DNA of 64,000 nt from Chrysomallon squamiferum (Eukaryota; Animalia; Mollusca): NCBI GenBank assembly GCA_012295275.1, contig CM022669.1, positions 12,338,001 through 12,402,000 on the forward strand, in the 5' to 3' direction. The position numbers were made by a program, and so were the translations under genes. The notes under the pieces are model-generated. The model was not told the DNA's origin. It searched no databases and was given only the letters and a program-made list of their open reading frames with translations. Below, piece by piece: positions 37,892 to 52,379 of the stretch (positions within the stretch are counted from its first letter, which is position 1; each line of letters opens with the position of its first letter).

Positions 37892-38645
37892 AAAAAAATG
37901 GGTGAAAAGTTGAAATAACAACAATAAAAGACAATTGATTTTTAAAGTGACTTGTAAACACATATCAGTCTATTTAGCACTTCGGCGAAATTCGCAACTG
38001 TCCGCTGTATTTGAAAATAGAATTTATTTGCTCAAGTTTCGAAAATTAATTAGCACTGATACAAACCATTCTACACGGTGATCGGTTTAACTGTCTTTGC
38101 CATGTGATTAATTTTACATTCTAGTCTCTGTCCACGCCCATAGCTATTAGATTAACTCCGGCAGAATTGATATTTGCTTTCTAGTTGTCTCCCTTGCTTG
38201 ATTAATTTAATATGGCGCCAGGAAAATGACTTTAAATGAAGCTAAGATATATCAGTATCAATATTGATTTATTTCGGATTAGAGAATATCGGTAGTTTGT
38301 GGTGTGTGTGCTACTAGATGAAAAACAAATTAACTGATGATTAATTTCAGAAAAATAAATTAATCAAAATGTTTCTCAGTCATTCGTCAAATTATGGACT
38401 TTTCGCATTAACTTCGAAGACGTTTTTTTTCTGTCTGGAAATGTCTATAAAGAAAAAGATTGAATAAAAAAGAAAAGCTACAAAGAAACAAAAAAAAAAA
38501 AAAAGAAGAAAAAAAAAAAAAAGGTCTGAGATGAAGAAAACACTTAGTTTTGGTGATAGTAATAATTTACATAATTATTAAAATAATAATTATATATAAT
38601 TTAAGCACATGTCTACAGTAGTAATGATACTACTCTAGCACTGCT

Positions 38646-38685
<40 letters not shown>

Positions 38686-39002
38686 TGAAGAAGAAGAAGA
38701 AAAGAAAAGAAATGGATAATATTCTAATTTTTGTTGTTGTTTTGGTTGGTGTTTAGGGGGGGGGGGATTGTTGAGATTATTATATAATTATTGAGGTAAA
38801 AGAGAAAGACTGGAGATTTTAAAAGTATTTAAAAATATAAGAAGTATAAAACAGATAGAAAGAGAATTACTTTTTAATTAGTAATACTTATCAGCATATT
38901 TATCCATCAAAGATATTACCGGAAGGTATCTAAGATAAACTCTTAAAAGCATATTATAAAATTAGAAAAAAAAAAAAAAATAAAAAAAATCCGAAATAAT
39001 AA

Positions 39003-39041
<39 letters not shown>

Positions 39042-39299
39042 GAAAAGAAAAGAAAGAAAATAAACAACAACAACAACAACAACAACATGTAGCTAAACAT
39101 ATTTCCGGCACATTCTTTCGCATCTAAAACCACGCTATAAAATTTACTGTTTTTATTGCTATTAACATCGCTTTTAAAGACCTAGAAGAAAAAAAAAAAA
39201 GAAGAAGAAGAAGAAGAAAAAGAAGTTAAGATTCACATTAACTGCATCAGATCATTAAAAAAAAAAAAAAAAAAAAAAAATTAATATTACTACATTTTC

Positions 39300-40130
39300 T
39301 GCTCTGGTCATAAACATGCAATCGCGTCACAAAGTAGTTCGTTATATCGAGAAACGCCTGCACGGTGCTGATTGAGCGCCTCCTGGCGTCCGGTAATGGA
39401 AGGGTGCTTCATTTCTAAGTGCTGCGATTTATCAAAATATTTATGTGGCTTCGGTAATGGACTTTTGATCTTGTAACGGCAATATAGTCTTCGCGGCTCA
39501 CCGTTCACCAATTTTATGATGCAATTGCCAGGGCTATATTGTTTCAGCCCGTTAATCGCCATTTGATGCCGCGATAACCGCCGATAGCAAGTGATCCAAT
39601 GAAAATTGAGTTAACATCAGCGATTTACACTCGACAAACTTGCAAAATCGACAAACCCTCCCCCTAATCAAAGCGTTAACGGTGTCCAGACCCCCTCGTA
39701 AACGGGTTAGCATCGCGATGCTGCACGCGGAAAGATGACGTCGCACGTGCCGGCTTCGTCTGTTTAATTTGGGGTGTTATTAATTTGCGGAATGAGAAAA
39801 GATACGAAAGTGGGAACACGCGCGCGCTAACTTAATCAAAGGTTCAAGCTGCACGAGGGGAGACGCGAAAAATCGCGCCGTAATTGACACCGCGAATGTT
39901 TTCTTTCTCGATTGGCTCGAGGTTTGCTGCTGCCCCCACCCCCCCCACCAATCTCCTCCCGCTCCCGCTAGCAATTCCGATCGGTTTATGAACGGCAGAC
40001 AGATCATAACAATATTGAATTAAGGACGAGATTCTGCGTGTACGGGAGCGTGTGTGTGTAGCTGCGCGGTTTTCTGGCGACGTAGCACACGAGGCACCGC
40101 AGTACGATCCGACATCTATTTCGTCAAACT
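39300..40130. promoter_or_regulatory. CpG-rich non-coding island, candidate enhancer
   Basis: High-complexity, CpG-rich block between simple repeats. No coherent ORF. Multiple TAAT/ATTTAT homeodomain-like sites. Confidence 0.4.
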
Positions 40131-40269
40131 AATTTTCTGTTTATTATTATTACTTTATTAAATAAAAAAAAAATAAAAAATAAAAAAATAAATAAATAAA
40201 AAATACAACGATACAAAAACCGAAACCCCCAAAAAATAAATAAATAAAATAAAATAAATAAATAAATAA

Positions 40270-40340
<71 letters not shown>

Positions 40341-40446
40341 TTTTATCACCATCACTGTCATTATTATTGTTGTTGTTGTTATTATTTTTATTATTTAAGA
40401 ATTTACTTTGATTTCTTTTTGATTCTGGTTCTTACCTGATTTTTTG

Positions 40447-40500
<54 letters not shown>

Positions 40501-41273
40501 TCTTATTACACTGCAAATCTGTTTTATTCCTACGTTAACTTTCTGCAGACCGATGTTTTTGTTTGTTTGTTTTGTTTATTGTTATTATGTTATTTTATTT
40601 GTTTTAAAAACTTAATCCGCTTTAAATTGATTTCTGATGATCTTTAAGTTTCTTTTGTTCATTATTTCGAATCTTTTTATTTATTTATTCACTCAATTTA
40701 TAAAAAGTGATGCATTAAAAAAAAAAAAAAAAAAATAAAATAAAATAATTAAAAATAAAATAAAATAAGTGATAGAAGGATAAATAAATATCTGTGTAAA
40801 ATAAAAAAAAAAAAAAAAATAAATAAAATAAAATAAAATAAAACAAAACAAAATAAAATAATGCAAAATTTTTTAAAATAAAATAAGTAAATAAATAAAT
40901 AAACAACAATCAAAACCTACATTTTCAAAATGGAAGTGCGAATTAATGAAATATAAAATATATAAAATATACATGAACTGTTAGGTCTCTAGAGGCAAAT
41001 ATATAAATTTACTGATTCCAGTTTCCATTGCCATAATTTAATAATGAAATAATAATGATAGTTAATATTCTTTTTAGACAAGTATTTTTCACATTAGAAA
41101 ATTAAATTTATGTGTGAAATATGAATACTGAGTATAGTTTGTGTTTTTGAATATTTCATATATGTATATATGATGTATCTACAGATGTACTGCATTGTTT
41201 ACTGTGTTTACTACAAATAAATAATGGCGCACTTTTGTGTAGTTAACAATGTTACAAAAAGACGTTTACGTCA

Positions 41274-42070
41274 TTATGTATCACCTATTTATATGTAGAC
41301 TTTACATTTATATAAAGTTTTACTAAAACACGATGTTAACCTTTATGTAGAACCTATTTGTATGTAGACTTTACATTTATATAATTAATTGCTAAAATAT
41401 GTTAACCTTTATGTATCACCTATTTGTATGTAGACTTTACATTTATATAAACTTTTACTAAAACACGATGTTAACCTTTATGTATCACCTATTTGTATGT
41501 AGACTTTACATTTATATAATTAATTGCTAAAATATGTTAACCTTTATGTATCACCTATTTGTATGTAGACTTTACATTTATATAAAGTTTTACTAAAACA
41601 CGATGTTAACCTTTATGTATCACCTATTTGTATGTAGACTTTACATTTATATAAAGTTTTACTAAAATATGTTAACCTTTATGTATCAACTATTTGTATG
41701 TAGACTTTACATTTATATAATTAATTGCTAAAATATGTTAACCTTTATGTATCACCTATTTGTATGTAGACTTTATATTTATATAAACTTTTACTAAAAT
41801 ACGATGTTAACCTTTATGTAGCACCTATTTGTATGTACACTACATATATACAAACTTCTACTAAAAGAAGTGAAAACCTTTAAGTATTACCTATTTGTGC
41901 GTAGACTTTACATTTATATACACTTTTACTAAAAAAAACAAAAAAAAAACGTTGTTAACCTTTATGTATCACCTGTTTGTATGTAGATCACATTTATATA
42001 AACTTTCACCAAAAAGACGTTGTTAACCTTTATGTATCGCCTGTTTGTATGTAGTCATTATATTTACATA
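41274..42070. repeat. Minisatellite, ~12 copies of a 66-69-bp unit
   Basis: Unit tgttaacctttatgtatcacctatttgtatgtagactttacatttatata followed by either aagttttactaaaacacga or attaattgctaaaata. Confidence 0.92.
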
Positions 42071-42958
42071 AACTACCTCTTTGCACAAATGTACGCGCAT
42101 CTAGTTAAGTACCTCGTATGCCTACATCAGCATTGGTCTGATAATCACTGGCGAAGAAACGCGAATTTAAACATTTCGCGAACAATTCCTTTTCAAGCAG
42201 GTACACATCTCTCCCTTCTGCATGTGATTAACGCGGTGGAAAGTCCCATTCAGCCGAAGCTTTCCATCTCATTCCTTTTCTTCGATAAACTTCAATGCCA
42301 AAGATTTTTATTTTGTTCCTATTTCAGCTCTTGTCAGAAGGTTGCGAGCGCCGTTCACAATAATTTTTATTGTCACGGAGAAAAACGTGGTTGACTGCCG
42401 CGCCATTAAATTGGTTTCTAATTTGACGAAATGGCGTTTCAATTTCACACTAAAATGATTACTGAAACGTCGAAATCTTTTGTGACCGGCGAAAGCAAAC
42501 TTGGTGACAAAAAGAAGCTTTTGTATTTAGCAGTTGTTTGACGACTGTATCAATCTTTGGAAAGAGAGTGTGAGAGAGAGAGAGAGAGAAGAGAATGAGA
42601 ATGAAAAAAGAAGAAAAGATACAGCGTTATTGAGCGATGTTGTATCAATTGTTGTGTTTGTAATACGAAGACAAAGTATATAAAAACGTGATGTGGACAA
42701 TAAAAAAAAAAAAAAAAAAAAACAAGAAAACAAATGAAGTAATGTAAAGAAAAGAAAAAAGAAAAAAAAAAAAAAAAAAAATCCGGAAAACAACAACAAT
42801 ACAAACAAGACGAAGAAAAAAGAAATAAACAAAAGAAACAAAATTATTTAAAAAAAGAAAGAAAGAAAGAAAAATATATTTGAAAGAAACTACAGGAAGC
42901 GACAGAAAAGAAGATTCAGACAAATGAACAAACAAAACAAATAAACCAAGAAAAAAAC

Positions 42959-42989
<31 letters not shown>

Positions 42990-43003
42990 ATAATAATAAT
43001 AAT

Positions 43004-43060
<57 letters not shown>

Positions 43061-43399
43061 AAATGAAACACAAAATATAAAAAAAAAAAATAAAATAAAA
43101 TAAAAAAAAATTACTGTCTCAAAAATCCCTAACTAAAAATCAAATCAAATAAAATAAAAATAGCAACAATAAGAAATAAAAACCAGTACACCACCTCTCT
43201 TACAAACTGACTCAGAGAATAAACACATTAATCATCAAGATTTTTAATTTTTACACAACAAAACTAAAAAAATATAAAAAATTCTGCATCAAGGAAACAT
43301 AAGGTTGGCAAGCGCAGCATCAAACATATGGCACTAAAACTCTGATCATGTTTTGTTGTTGTTTGTTGTTGGTTTTTTGTTGTTTTGTTTAAATGCACG

Positions 43400-44150
43400 C
43401 GTCGCATTCTTTCATCGAGAATGCAAATCTGAACTTCCGGAAAATTGTAAATTCAAGATGTCGCCTGTGCGATGCGCTTTGGATCGAGGGCGGCCATAAT
43501 TCGATAAAGTTCATTGAGTTTGTGCTGATAGGTGAGAACTAGTGGATCATGGGACGTCTGTCCGGACATTGTCTTCAAGCGAACTGGAATCATTCAATGA
43601 CGAATTGGGGCATTTAGGAGGCGTTCGTGTTGCTTTAATGGCCCGAAGATCGCCTGTGCTCGCTTTTACCTTGGTCGAAGCGGCGGAAAATTGGCCCAAA
43701 ATAAAACCCGGGAATTGTCCAAGAAGGCGACAAAGCAGCAACTCATCGGGAAAATGAAAACAATAAAAGGTGGCGCCAAATATTGACAATGCTCTTAAAT
43801 GGCGACTCTTCGTTAAGAAAGGTTTTACTCAGCGTCCTGCACACACAGAAACGCCATACTGTCAGGCGAGGCCTGAGCGATGTGTAAATTTTATTTGGAC
43901 GCGTTTGTTTCGCCGTTCCAGCTGCCTCTGTAACTGTTGTCGACGTGGAGAAATAATAATCATTGTCGACAGGCCGAACAATCTAATCTCTCTCTCTCAC
44001 TCTGACGTTCAGAACAGAAAGATCAGTGAAGTGGACAGTTGTATATTCAGTGTTACGAAGGAAGTCGGGTAACGTTGCCGCCTGACTGGAAAGTTGACGT
44101 TTTTTTTTGTATCAGAACTGGCGACTGCCTCGGGATCTGGAAAAACAGAC
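43400..44150. promoter_or_regulatory. CpG-rich non-coding island, candidate enhancer
   Basis: Complex, GC-elevated block. Its short ORFs show no protein-like features. Confidence 0.35.
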
Positions 44151-45887
44151 GTGAAAAAGAAGAAAAATGGAGAAATCTGATTTAGTGGCTAAAGAGTTTA
44201 ACAACTCCTCCAGTGTCTTGAAATTTATAAAACGGTAGTCTTTTCAAAAATGTTTATAAAAAACACCCATACCCATGAAGGAAAATGGATAAATTTGGTT
44301 TTTATCTTGCAGTAATACAGATTTAATAAACGTTTTTAAAATGCAGTCTAATAAAGCTGAGCATACACAGAGTATATTACAGACAATAGATGTTTGCAAT
44401 CGTATCTCACCTGACTTGAATCACTTAATAATAATTTTCTATCTTTATATTTATACTTAAATAATTAATAACCAGCTATACACACATACGTATGTAACAA
44501 ACAGATAAACACTAACACACACATACACACAGACACCCACACATACACACACACAGAGAGAGATACACACATGTTTATATGGATATTATATATTAAAATG
44601 TTAACATGAAGTAAATAATGACTCAAGTGAAAATAATTACAAAATGTTTATTTAACCATTTGGGTAGCTTAATAATTAAATATTGTTATATACATTTGAT
44701 CTGAGGTAAATTTATCATTATTTTTGTGAGATAAAGAAGCATTTTCACATTAAATATAAATATTACTATTTACCTATTTTCATATTGAAAACATTTTGAA
44801 GAAATACATTATAGAGATACCAATATTTATATAATACATACAGTATTGATAAACAGTAATTGATTTTTCAATTACTGTATTTTTATGACGTACTAAATTC
44901 CGTTATTCCAAATTATAACTGTACAGTTTATTTGCATTGTTTTAAGTGAAGTTCATTATACTTGAATTTTTACATTGTTTCGCTGGCTCACACACACACA
45001 CACACACACACACAGACGCACCTCAGACGTTTATAAACACTGCACACACACACACACACACATACACACACAGACACATGCACACGCACAGACAGACACA
45101 CACACACACACACGCAACAGAGACACGAACTCTCGCGCACACAGAGACACGAACTCGCGCGCATTCACACAGATTACAAGAACTGTATTCCGAGCCGCAC
45201 TGCTTCCAAATGTGACACCAAAATCCAAAAATCCAAAACATGTCGCTTGGGAAATACATTTTACAGTACAGCGGAACTGCATAATTTATACAAACAGAAT
45301 ATTAATTATGTTTTACGACACCTCACCAGCTTACTTGATCGGGTGGGTTTTTACACTTAACAGTTCTCATTTCTGGTAAAATAAATGCGGGAGAATCGTC
45401 GTCTCGATTTTCAACTTTTAATATTCTGATTAAATCTTCAGCGAATTTAATCAAAATTAATTTTTACGAATCGCAAAGACCGCACTGACACGGTGCATAA
45501 TTTATATCCGAGTCTGTTTGCAGAGGCTGCATTCTCAGTTTACATTATTTTTATTTATTATTCAAATTACTGTTTCCTTCACGTATCACACCATCGTTTT
45601 TACAATTGCGCGAACCATTAACCTACATACGTGCTTTTTCCCCCGCAACAAAAGGAACAACATGTTTGTAATTTCTATATTCCTTTGACTTTTTTTTAAA
45701 CTTTTTTTAAAAATTTTTTGCAAAATGATATCATCTACATACTCTGTGCCAAAAAAAGTGTGAAATTTCTCGTATGGAGTTTCGATTATTTACATATTAA
45801 TACAAACGATTAGCCTTCACGGACTGTTGATTCACGTACCACTTGTTTCCCGTCTTGCACGACTGACCCGTTCCGAACAGACGTGTG

Positions 45888-45925
<38 letters not shown>

Positions 45926-46142
45926 ATGGTAACAGTGATAATTAAACAGGACACAATTGTAAATAGAAGTACGCACGCACGCACGCACGCATAACCACGC
46001 TCAGTAATTATAAACATACACGTCCAAACACATTCACAGTCATATTGTGCAACACATGTACAAAAAAAAATTAATATTTTTATTATTATTATTATTTTTT
46101 CATACAAACAAATGCGCACATAGTTATGTATATATGTATATA

Positions 46143-46192
<50 letters not shown>

Positions 46193-46329
46193 TGTCCGAT
46201 CAGACGTAATTACAAACGCACACGCACACACACGCACATACAGAGAAAATGCGCGAATCAAACGAAACATCAATTGTCACCAGTTTACGTTGTTACACGT
46301 TGATGCTGTCGTTGTTTTTGTTTTGTTGT

Positions 46330-46650
46330 TATTGTAGTAGTAGTAGAAGTAGTAGTAGTAGTAGTATTAGTTGTAGTAGTACCAACAGTAACAGTAGATT
46401 TCGTAATAATGGAGTTCTTGTAGAAGTAAATAATAATAATAATAATGATGATGATGATAATAATAATAATAGCAGTAGTAGTTGTAGCAGTAACAGCAGC
46501 AGTAGTAGTAATATTAGCAGTAGTAGCAGTAATAGTAGCAGTAGCAGTAGCAGTAGTAGTAGTAGTAGCAGTAATAGTAGCAGTAGTAGCAGTAATAGTA
46601 GCAGTAGCAGTAGTAGTAACAACAACAACAACAATAATAAAACAACAACA
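46330..46650. repeat. Compound (AGT/AGC/AAT/AAC)n trinucleotide repeat
   Basis: Explains the poly-S/L/V ORFs in the track. Confidence 0.92.
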
Positions 46651-46824
46651 ACAGACCCATGGTAATAGTGGTAGGAGTAGTAGTGAAAATACACTAGTAG
46701 TTGTGTTTTTTGTTTTTTGTTTTTACTATCTTTCACGCTGATTTGTTTTCTAAATGAAGATATTCGATCATTTTCATTGTTACCGAGGTTCTTTTTACTT
46801 ACGTCCGTTTTATCTTAGCGTTTA

Positions 46825-46870
<46 letters not shown>

Positions 46871-47492
46871 CTGTGGAAACGGTCTAACATAACAAGATTT
46901 ACTGAAAAATCTGACATGATGGCTGCGATTTATCCACAAACGTACAAAGACTTTGATATATTGCAATCGGAAATCTGTGTAGGTTTCGCAGCGACATTTT
47001 AATAACTCCGTTTTTCTTTGTAGTCGAAATGTCATGTGTCGCCGGCAAATTACGTTTCGCTGGTTACTGACAAATTCCGGTTATAATTTACTCCTTAAAA
47101 ACCCGTTAGTCTTTTCATGGCTCGCTTTCATTTTCCAATTTGCTGTTTAAATTGTGTATTTAGAAGAGAAACAAAAACGGATACACGTGTGACGTGTTAA
47201 TGGCAATTATGGGTTAACGAAGGTTGGTTGAATAGGTTAATTGCATGTTTCAGTTGCTAGGTAATAATGAAGTGTAAATAACGATGCATGTTGCAGTATG
47301 TTCGGCGTTGCGTTTCGTTCGGTAAGCTGTCAACAAAGATAATAACAACGTAAACAATGAGAAATGTTTGTTTTTTTCAGTCTCTTCTGTGTGTGGGTAT
47401 CACTGAGGAGAAAATGGATTTAATTGTTATTTTTTTTCCTCTCTGAATTCATTTTTTTCTTCTTATTTATTTTCATTGTTTCTTATTCTCTA

Positions 47493-47643
<151 letters not shown>

Positions 47644-48260
47644 CACATATATATCTAGCAGTCTGTCTGTCTATCCCTCAACCCGTCTACCTATCTGTCT
47701 GTCTGTATATTTATCCATCCTTTATAGATTTAAGCACAAAAGGAAACATGAAAAAAAAAAAAAAAACTGAACAGAAAGTCGCAGACAATCTCAGTATTTT
47801 TATCTTTTTCTTTATATATGTCTTTAGTCCTCTGTCTGCGTAAATTTATCTGACTCAGTTTTTAAACTCTTTTCTTTCCACCCGTGTTTAGGCTGAAGCT
47901 GTAATAAACGACACGATATTTCTGTTATTAGTATAATTGTAAAATACCGTCAGACAGGAGCAGAATATCAGAGTAAATCTTTGTCAGTCAGAAGAAATAA
48001 AATGAAATAAATTAAAATATAATAAATTAAAATATAATAAATTAAAATATAATAAATTGAAATAGATAAATAACAAACAGATAGATAGAAAAAAAAAACA
48101 CCAAAAACCCCCCAAGAAACGCAAATTAAAAATGAAATAAAATAAAATAAAACAAAGAAAAACAGAAAGAATAAGAAGCATTATATCCCCAAAAAGAAGA
48201 AACAGAAAAAAAAGAGATCCTACCCACTAAACTGAAATAAAATAATGAAATAATACCAGT

Positions 48261-48300
<40 letters not shown>

Positions 48301-48492
48301 AGAAAGAAAAAAAAAAAAAAGGAAAAAAAAAGGAATATTATGACTCGCAGGAACCTTGACCGACTTCACGAATCATTTCAGTGAAAATGTATTATTAACA
48401 AACTCGAAAATAGATGTTAGTGATATTGTACGGATAACATTATTAACATCACCTGTAGAGAAAAATTAATTATTCCATTAAGGCAATAAGTC

Positions 48493-48531
<39 letters not shown>

Positions 48532-49189
48532 AAAAAAGAAAAAAAAGTCGCTTTCAGTTAAAAAAGAAGAAAAAAAAAAAAAGCAGTGTAAAATGTGAAA
48601 GTTTTATTGATTTCAGTTAAAACATCACATGTCTCAATTATCCTGGACATGGTCTGAAAACAAAGATGTCTTATTTTTCTTTGTTACCTCAACCCTGGCT
48701 GGCTCAGCCGGAAAATATATTAGCTTGTTTCGTTTTTCTAATTTCTTTTCTTCTTTTTTTTTCAATGAGAAAATAAAAAAGTTTAATATTCGAGAAAAAA
48801 AAAAAAAAAAAGAAAAAAAAAAGGGTTACGCAACAGATTTTTGAAAAATGCGAGGACAAAAGAAGACATGAACTTGACTAAAGTTAGTCATCTAATGTTA
48901 TGACTAATTAAAAAAAAACTCTTTTAGGTTTTTTTTCCCCTTTCACTCGTTTTCTTTCAAAAAATATTTTTTTTTCTTTTTTTCACAGTTTAAAACTGAT
49001 AAAGATGATAGTATAACTCGCAACAGTTTAACGAAACACCTGAAATAAGTTATATTTAATATGTATTAAATTAATGTGTGTGTGTGTGTTTTTTTTTTAT
49101 CTATGCTCACACAGACACATATATACACATACAGACATTATATTTCTAACTGTATAATCTTGATATCACGTTTTGCCATGCCATGCACA

Positions 49190-49194
49190 GAAAC

Positions 49195-49226
<32 letters not shown>

Positions 49227-49381
49227 ATGTTTGTGTTGTATATGTGTGTGTGTGTGTGAGACTATGCATGTATGTATGTGTGTATATATATGTATGTATG
49301 TGTATGCATGTATGTATATGTACTTGTGTATGTATGTATGTTTGTGTTGTGTATGTATGTTTGTGTGTGTATGTATGTATG

Positions 49382-49419
<38 letters not shown>

Positions 49420-49949
49420 GTATGTGTGTGTGTGTTTATGTATGTATATATGTACACATGTGTGTGAGTGTGACTGATACACACACTCGTGTATTAATCA
49501 TCCAACAACGTACTGACATTTTAACTACGTCTGAATTAACGTATTCACAGTAAAGATTTAATTTGTCATTATAATTTTTATTCTGGTGCGTATTCCCTGA
49601 ATGGAGCGAAACAGAAAAAAGTACAGAGGAAACAAATGTTGCTTTAACAAATCGTGCGTGAAGGCTGTCTGCTGGTACGTATATGTAAGTAATCGAAATA
49701 CAGCCCTCTGGCAACAAACAAAAAAATAAAAATAAAAATAAAAATAAAAATAAAAATAATAATAGAAATAATAAAAAAATAATAATAAAAATTAAAAATT
49801 AAAAAAAAATAACAATAAAAAATAATAATAACAAAAAAAAAAAAAAAAAAAAAAATGTTTGTAATCTGCCTTTTCTGGACTAATTATATTTTAGCGAAAA
49901 TTAAACTTCGCAGATCAACAGCAAAATATTAAGTTAATGTGTGTGGTTA

Positions 49950-50020
<71 letters not shown>

Positions 50021-50211
50021 ATATATATATGTGTACACATGTGTGTGTGTATGTGTGTGTATGTGTGTGTGTGGTTATGTGTGTATGTATGTGTGTGTGT
50101 ATATGTATATATATATATATATATGCGTGTGTGTGTGTGTATATATATATATGCATGCGTGTGTGTATATATGTGTGTGTGTATGTGTGTGTGGTTATGT
50201 GTGTGTATGTA

Positions 50212-50246
<35 letters not shown>

Positions 50247-50480
50247 GCGTGTGTGTGTATATATGTGTACGTGTGTGTGTGTGTATGTGGTTAGTGTGTG
50301 AATGTGTGTGTGGTTAGTGTGTGAATGTGTGTGTATATATATATGCGTGTTTGTGTGAGTATATATATATGTACATATACAAATGTGTGTGTGTGTATAT
50401 ATATATATAAATAATTATACATACACACACATACACGAACAAAACACACACACATAGACATATGTATACATACATATTTT
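49190..50480. repeat. Degenerate (TG)n/(TA)n/(TATG)n low-complexity tracts
   Basis: Explains the VCVC/YIYI ORFs in the track. Confidence 0.9.
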
Positions 50481-50865
50481 TTAAGTCGGATAGTTTTAAT
50501 TAAAAGTTTTTGCATAGACTTTATTGTGTTTTGCCTTCGTGTGGTATTGATTGGCAGAGCCATAAAACACGGCAGATTTGTTTCGCGTAATTAGCACTGT
50601 TTAAATGTTATTCACTTATTGTGGTTATATGTATTTTTTAAGTGATCTATATTTTTTTGATCTTGAAGATATCTTACAACAGCTGGATGTTTTTGAGTTA
50701 GCGTGTTAAAAGGAGGCAGTAACCGTCTTTTCTCGTTTTTAAAAAAAAAAAAAAAATTTAAAAAAAATTTTAAATTTTAAAATTTTATTATTTTAATGCT
50801 TTTTCAACATTTAATCTGACAGTTAACGTTTTTACAAATGAATCTGAAATATATTGATTATTTTT

Positions 50866-50913
<48 letters not shown>

Positions 50914-50969
50914 TGATTTGTAATTTAAAATATATAAAAATATATTTGTATGTATATATATATGTATAG

Positions 50970-51004
<35 letters not shown>

Positions 51005-51010
51005 GTTGGT

Positions 51011-51064
<54 letters not shown>

Positions 51065-51451
51065 GATACACAGATACTAAAATTGATTTTTTTTTTTATG
51101 ATCTAAAAGAAAAACATACATTCTCATACAACAGAAATGTATCCAAAATTATATTCTTTCTGCGATTTATTCTGTATATTTTATTACCTTTTTTTTCATT
51201 ATTCTTTTATTACAATTTTACTTCTTCTTCTTCTAATATTTTAATTTATACCTCTGTTTCTTGATTTTCTGTTACTATTTCAAATACTTTTTTTACCATT
51301 ATTATTTTTTTTTATACTTCTACTATTTCTACAAGTTTGTCACTTTTCTAGACGTTTGCTCATAATAAAGTATGAAACAGAAGACTTATCTGACAGTCGT
51401 GACGTCACATTTATAAAAAAAGATATTTGACAGACCTGTGAAATTAATATA

Positions 51452-51788
51452 CAGGTACCGGACCAATTATCCTGACTCCTTGGGGCCTGAGGCATTCCGG
51501 ATTTCTGGATTTTCCTGGTTTTCTGGTACCAAGGCATCTAAATACTTAAATAGTTAGGCATAAACATTTTAAAATTAAAATCATAAAGAAAATAACAATA
51601 CGCAACTGTGGCGACTCGACGCGTAAACAATGCGGCGAGTGAATGAATGCCAGGCGGCTTGAAAGAGTAGTTCCGGTCTGGTGAGGACAACACCCGCGCG
51701 CGCGAACTATAAAAATAGCGTCTGGAAAAACTTCCGGTTTTCTGGTCTTTCCGGATTTCAGGACGCCGGATAATTGGTCCGGTACCTG
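51452..51788. mobile_element. MITE with perfect 21-bp TIRs (Tc1/mariner-pogo-like)
   Basis: caggtaccggaccaattatcc ... ggataattggtccggtacctg. Internal ttccgg/ttctgg subterminal repeats. TA on the left flank. Confidence 0.85.
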
Positions 51789-52379
51789 TTCACTAATTTT
51801 AATAATTTTAACATTGTGTGAATCATCCCAAACCCTTAACTGTTAAACAAACACAACAAAAACCCCGAACCCAAATTTTGTATGAGCGTTCAAGAAATAG
51901 AAGAAGAAGCATCGGTAATATTTTTGCAAATACTTTGATTATTTCTCCTTTGACGCTTATAACTATCATTACTCTTGTGATATCATTATTTATTTGACAG
52001 AATATCTCTGTTGGCTACAATAAACATCACTAGTATCAAACATGTGGAACCCTCATCAGCATCATTACTAAAGTTACCACTACATCCATCACAACTACTG
52101 CGAACGATCATCACCACCATCATTATTTTCTTTTTTCTATCGAGGGCAAATAAATTATACAAACATTTATAATACTACATATTTTCTATTCAGGAGAGAA
52201 TACAATACCTTCGTAGACATACAGCTTTTCTTTAGAAAATAACTTGCCGAACACTACTATGTCTTTACAAATATCCATTTCATTATGAAAACTGACGGGA
52301 CGGCTATAGCAAAGATATTTAGCCTTTTTTTTTCTTTCCTTACTCTCTTTCTCTCTGTTTTGTAAACAAATCGCTCAGT

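Noticed and set aside
41274-42070. CRISPR-like repeat-spacer appearance
   Set aside because: The variable segments are short and recur, the context is eukaryotic, and there are no cas genes. It is a minisatellite.
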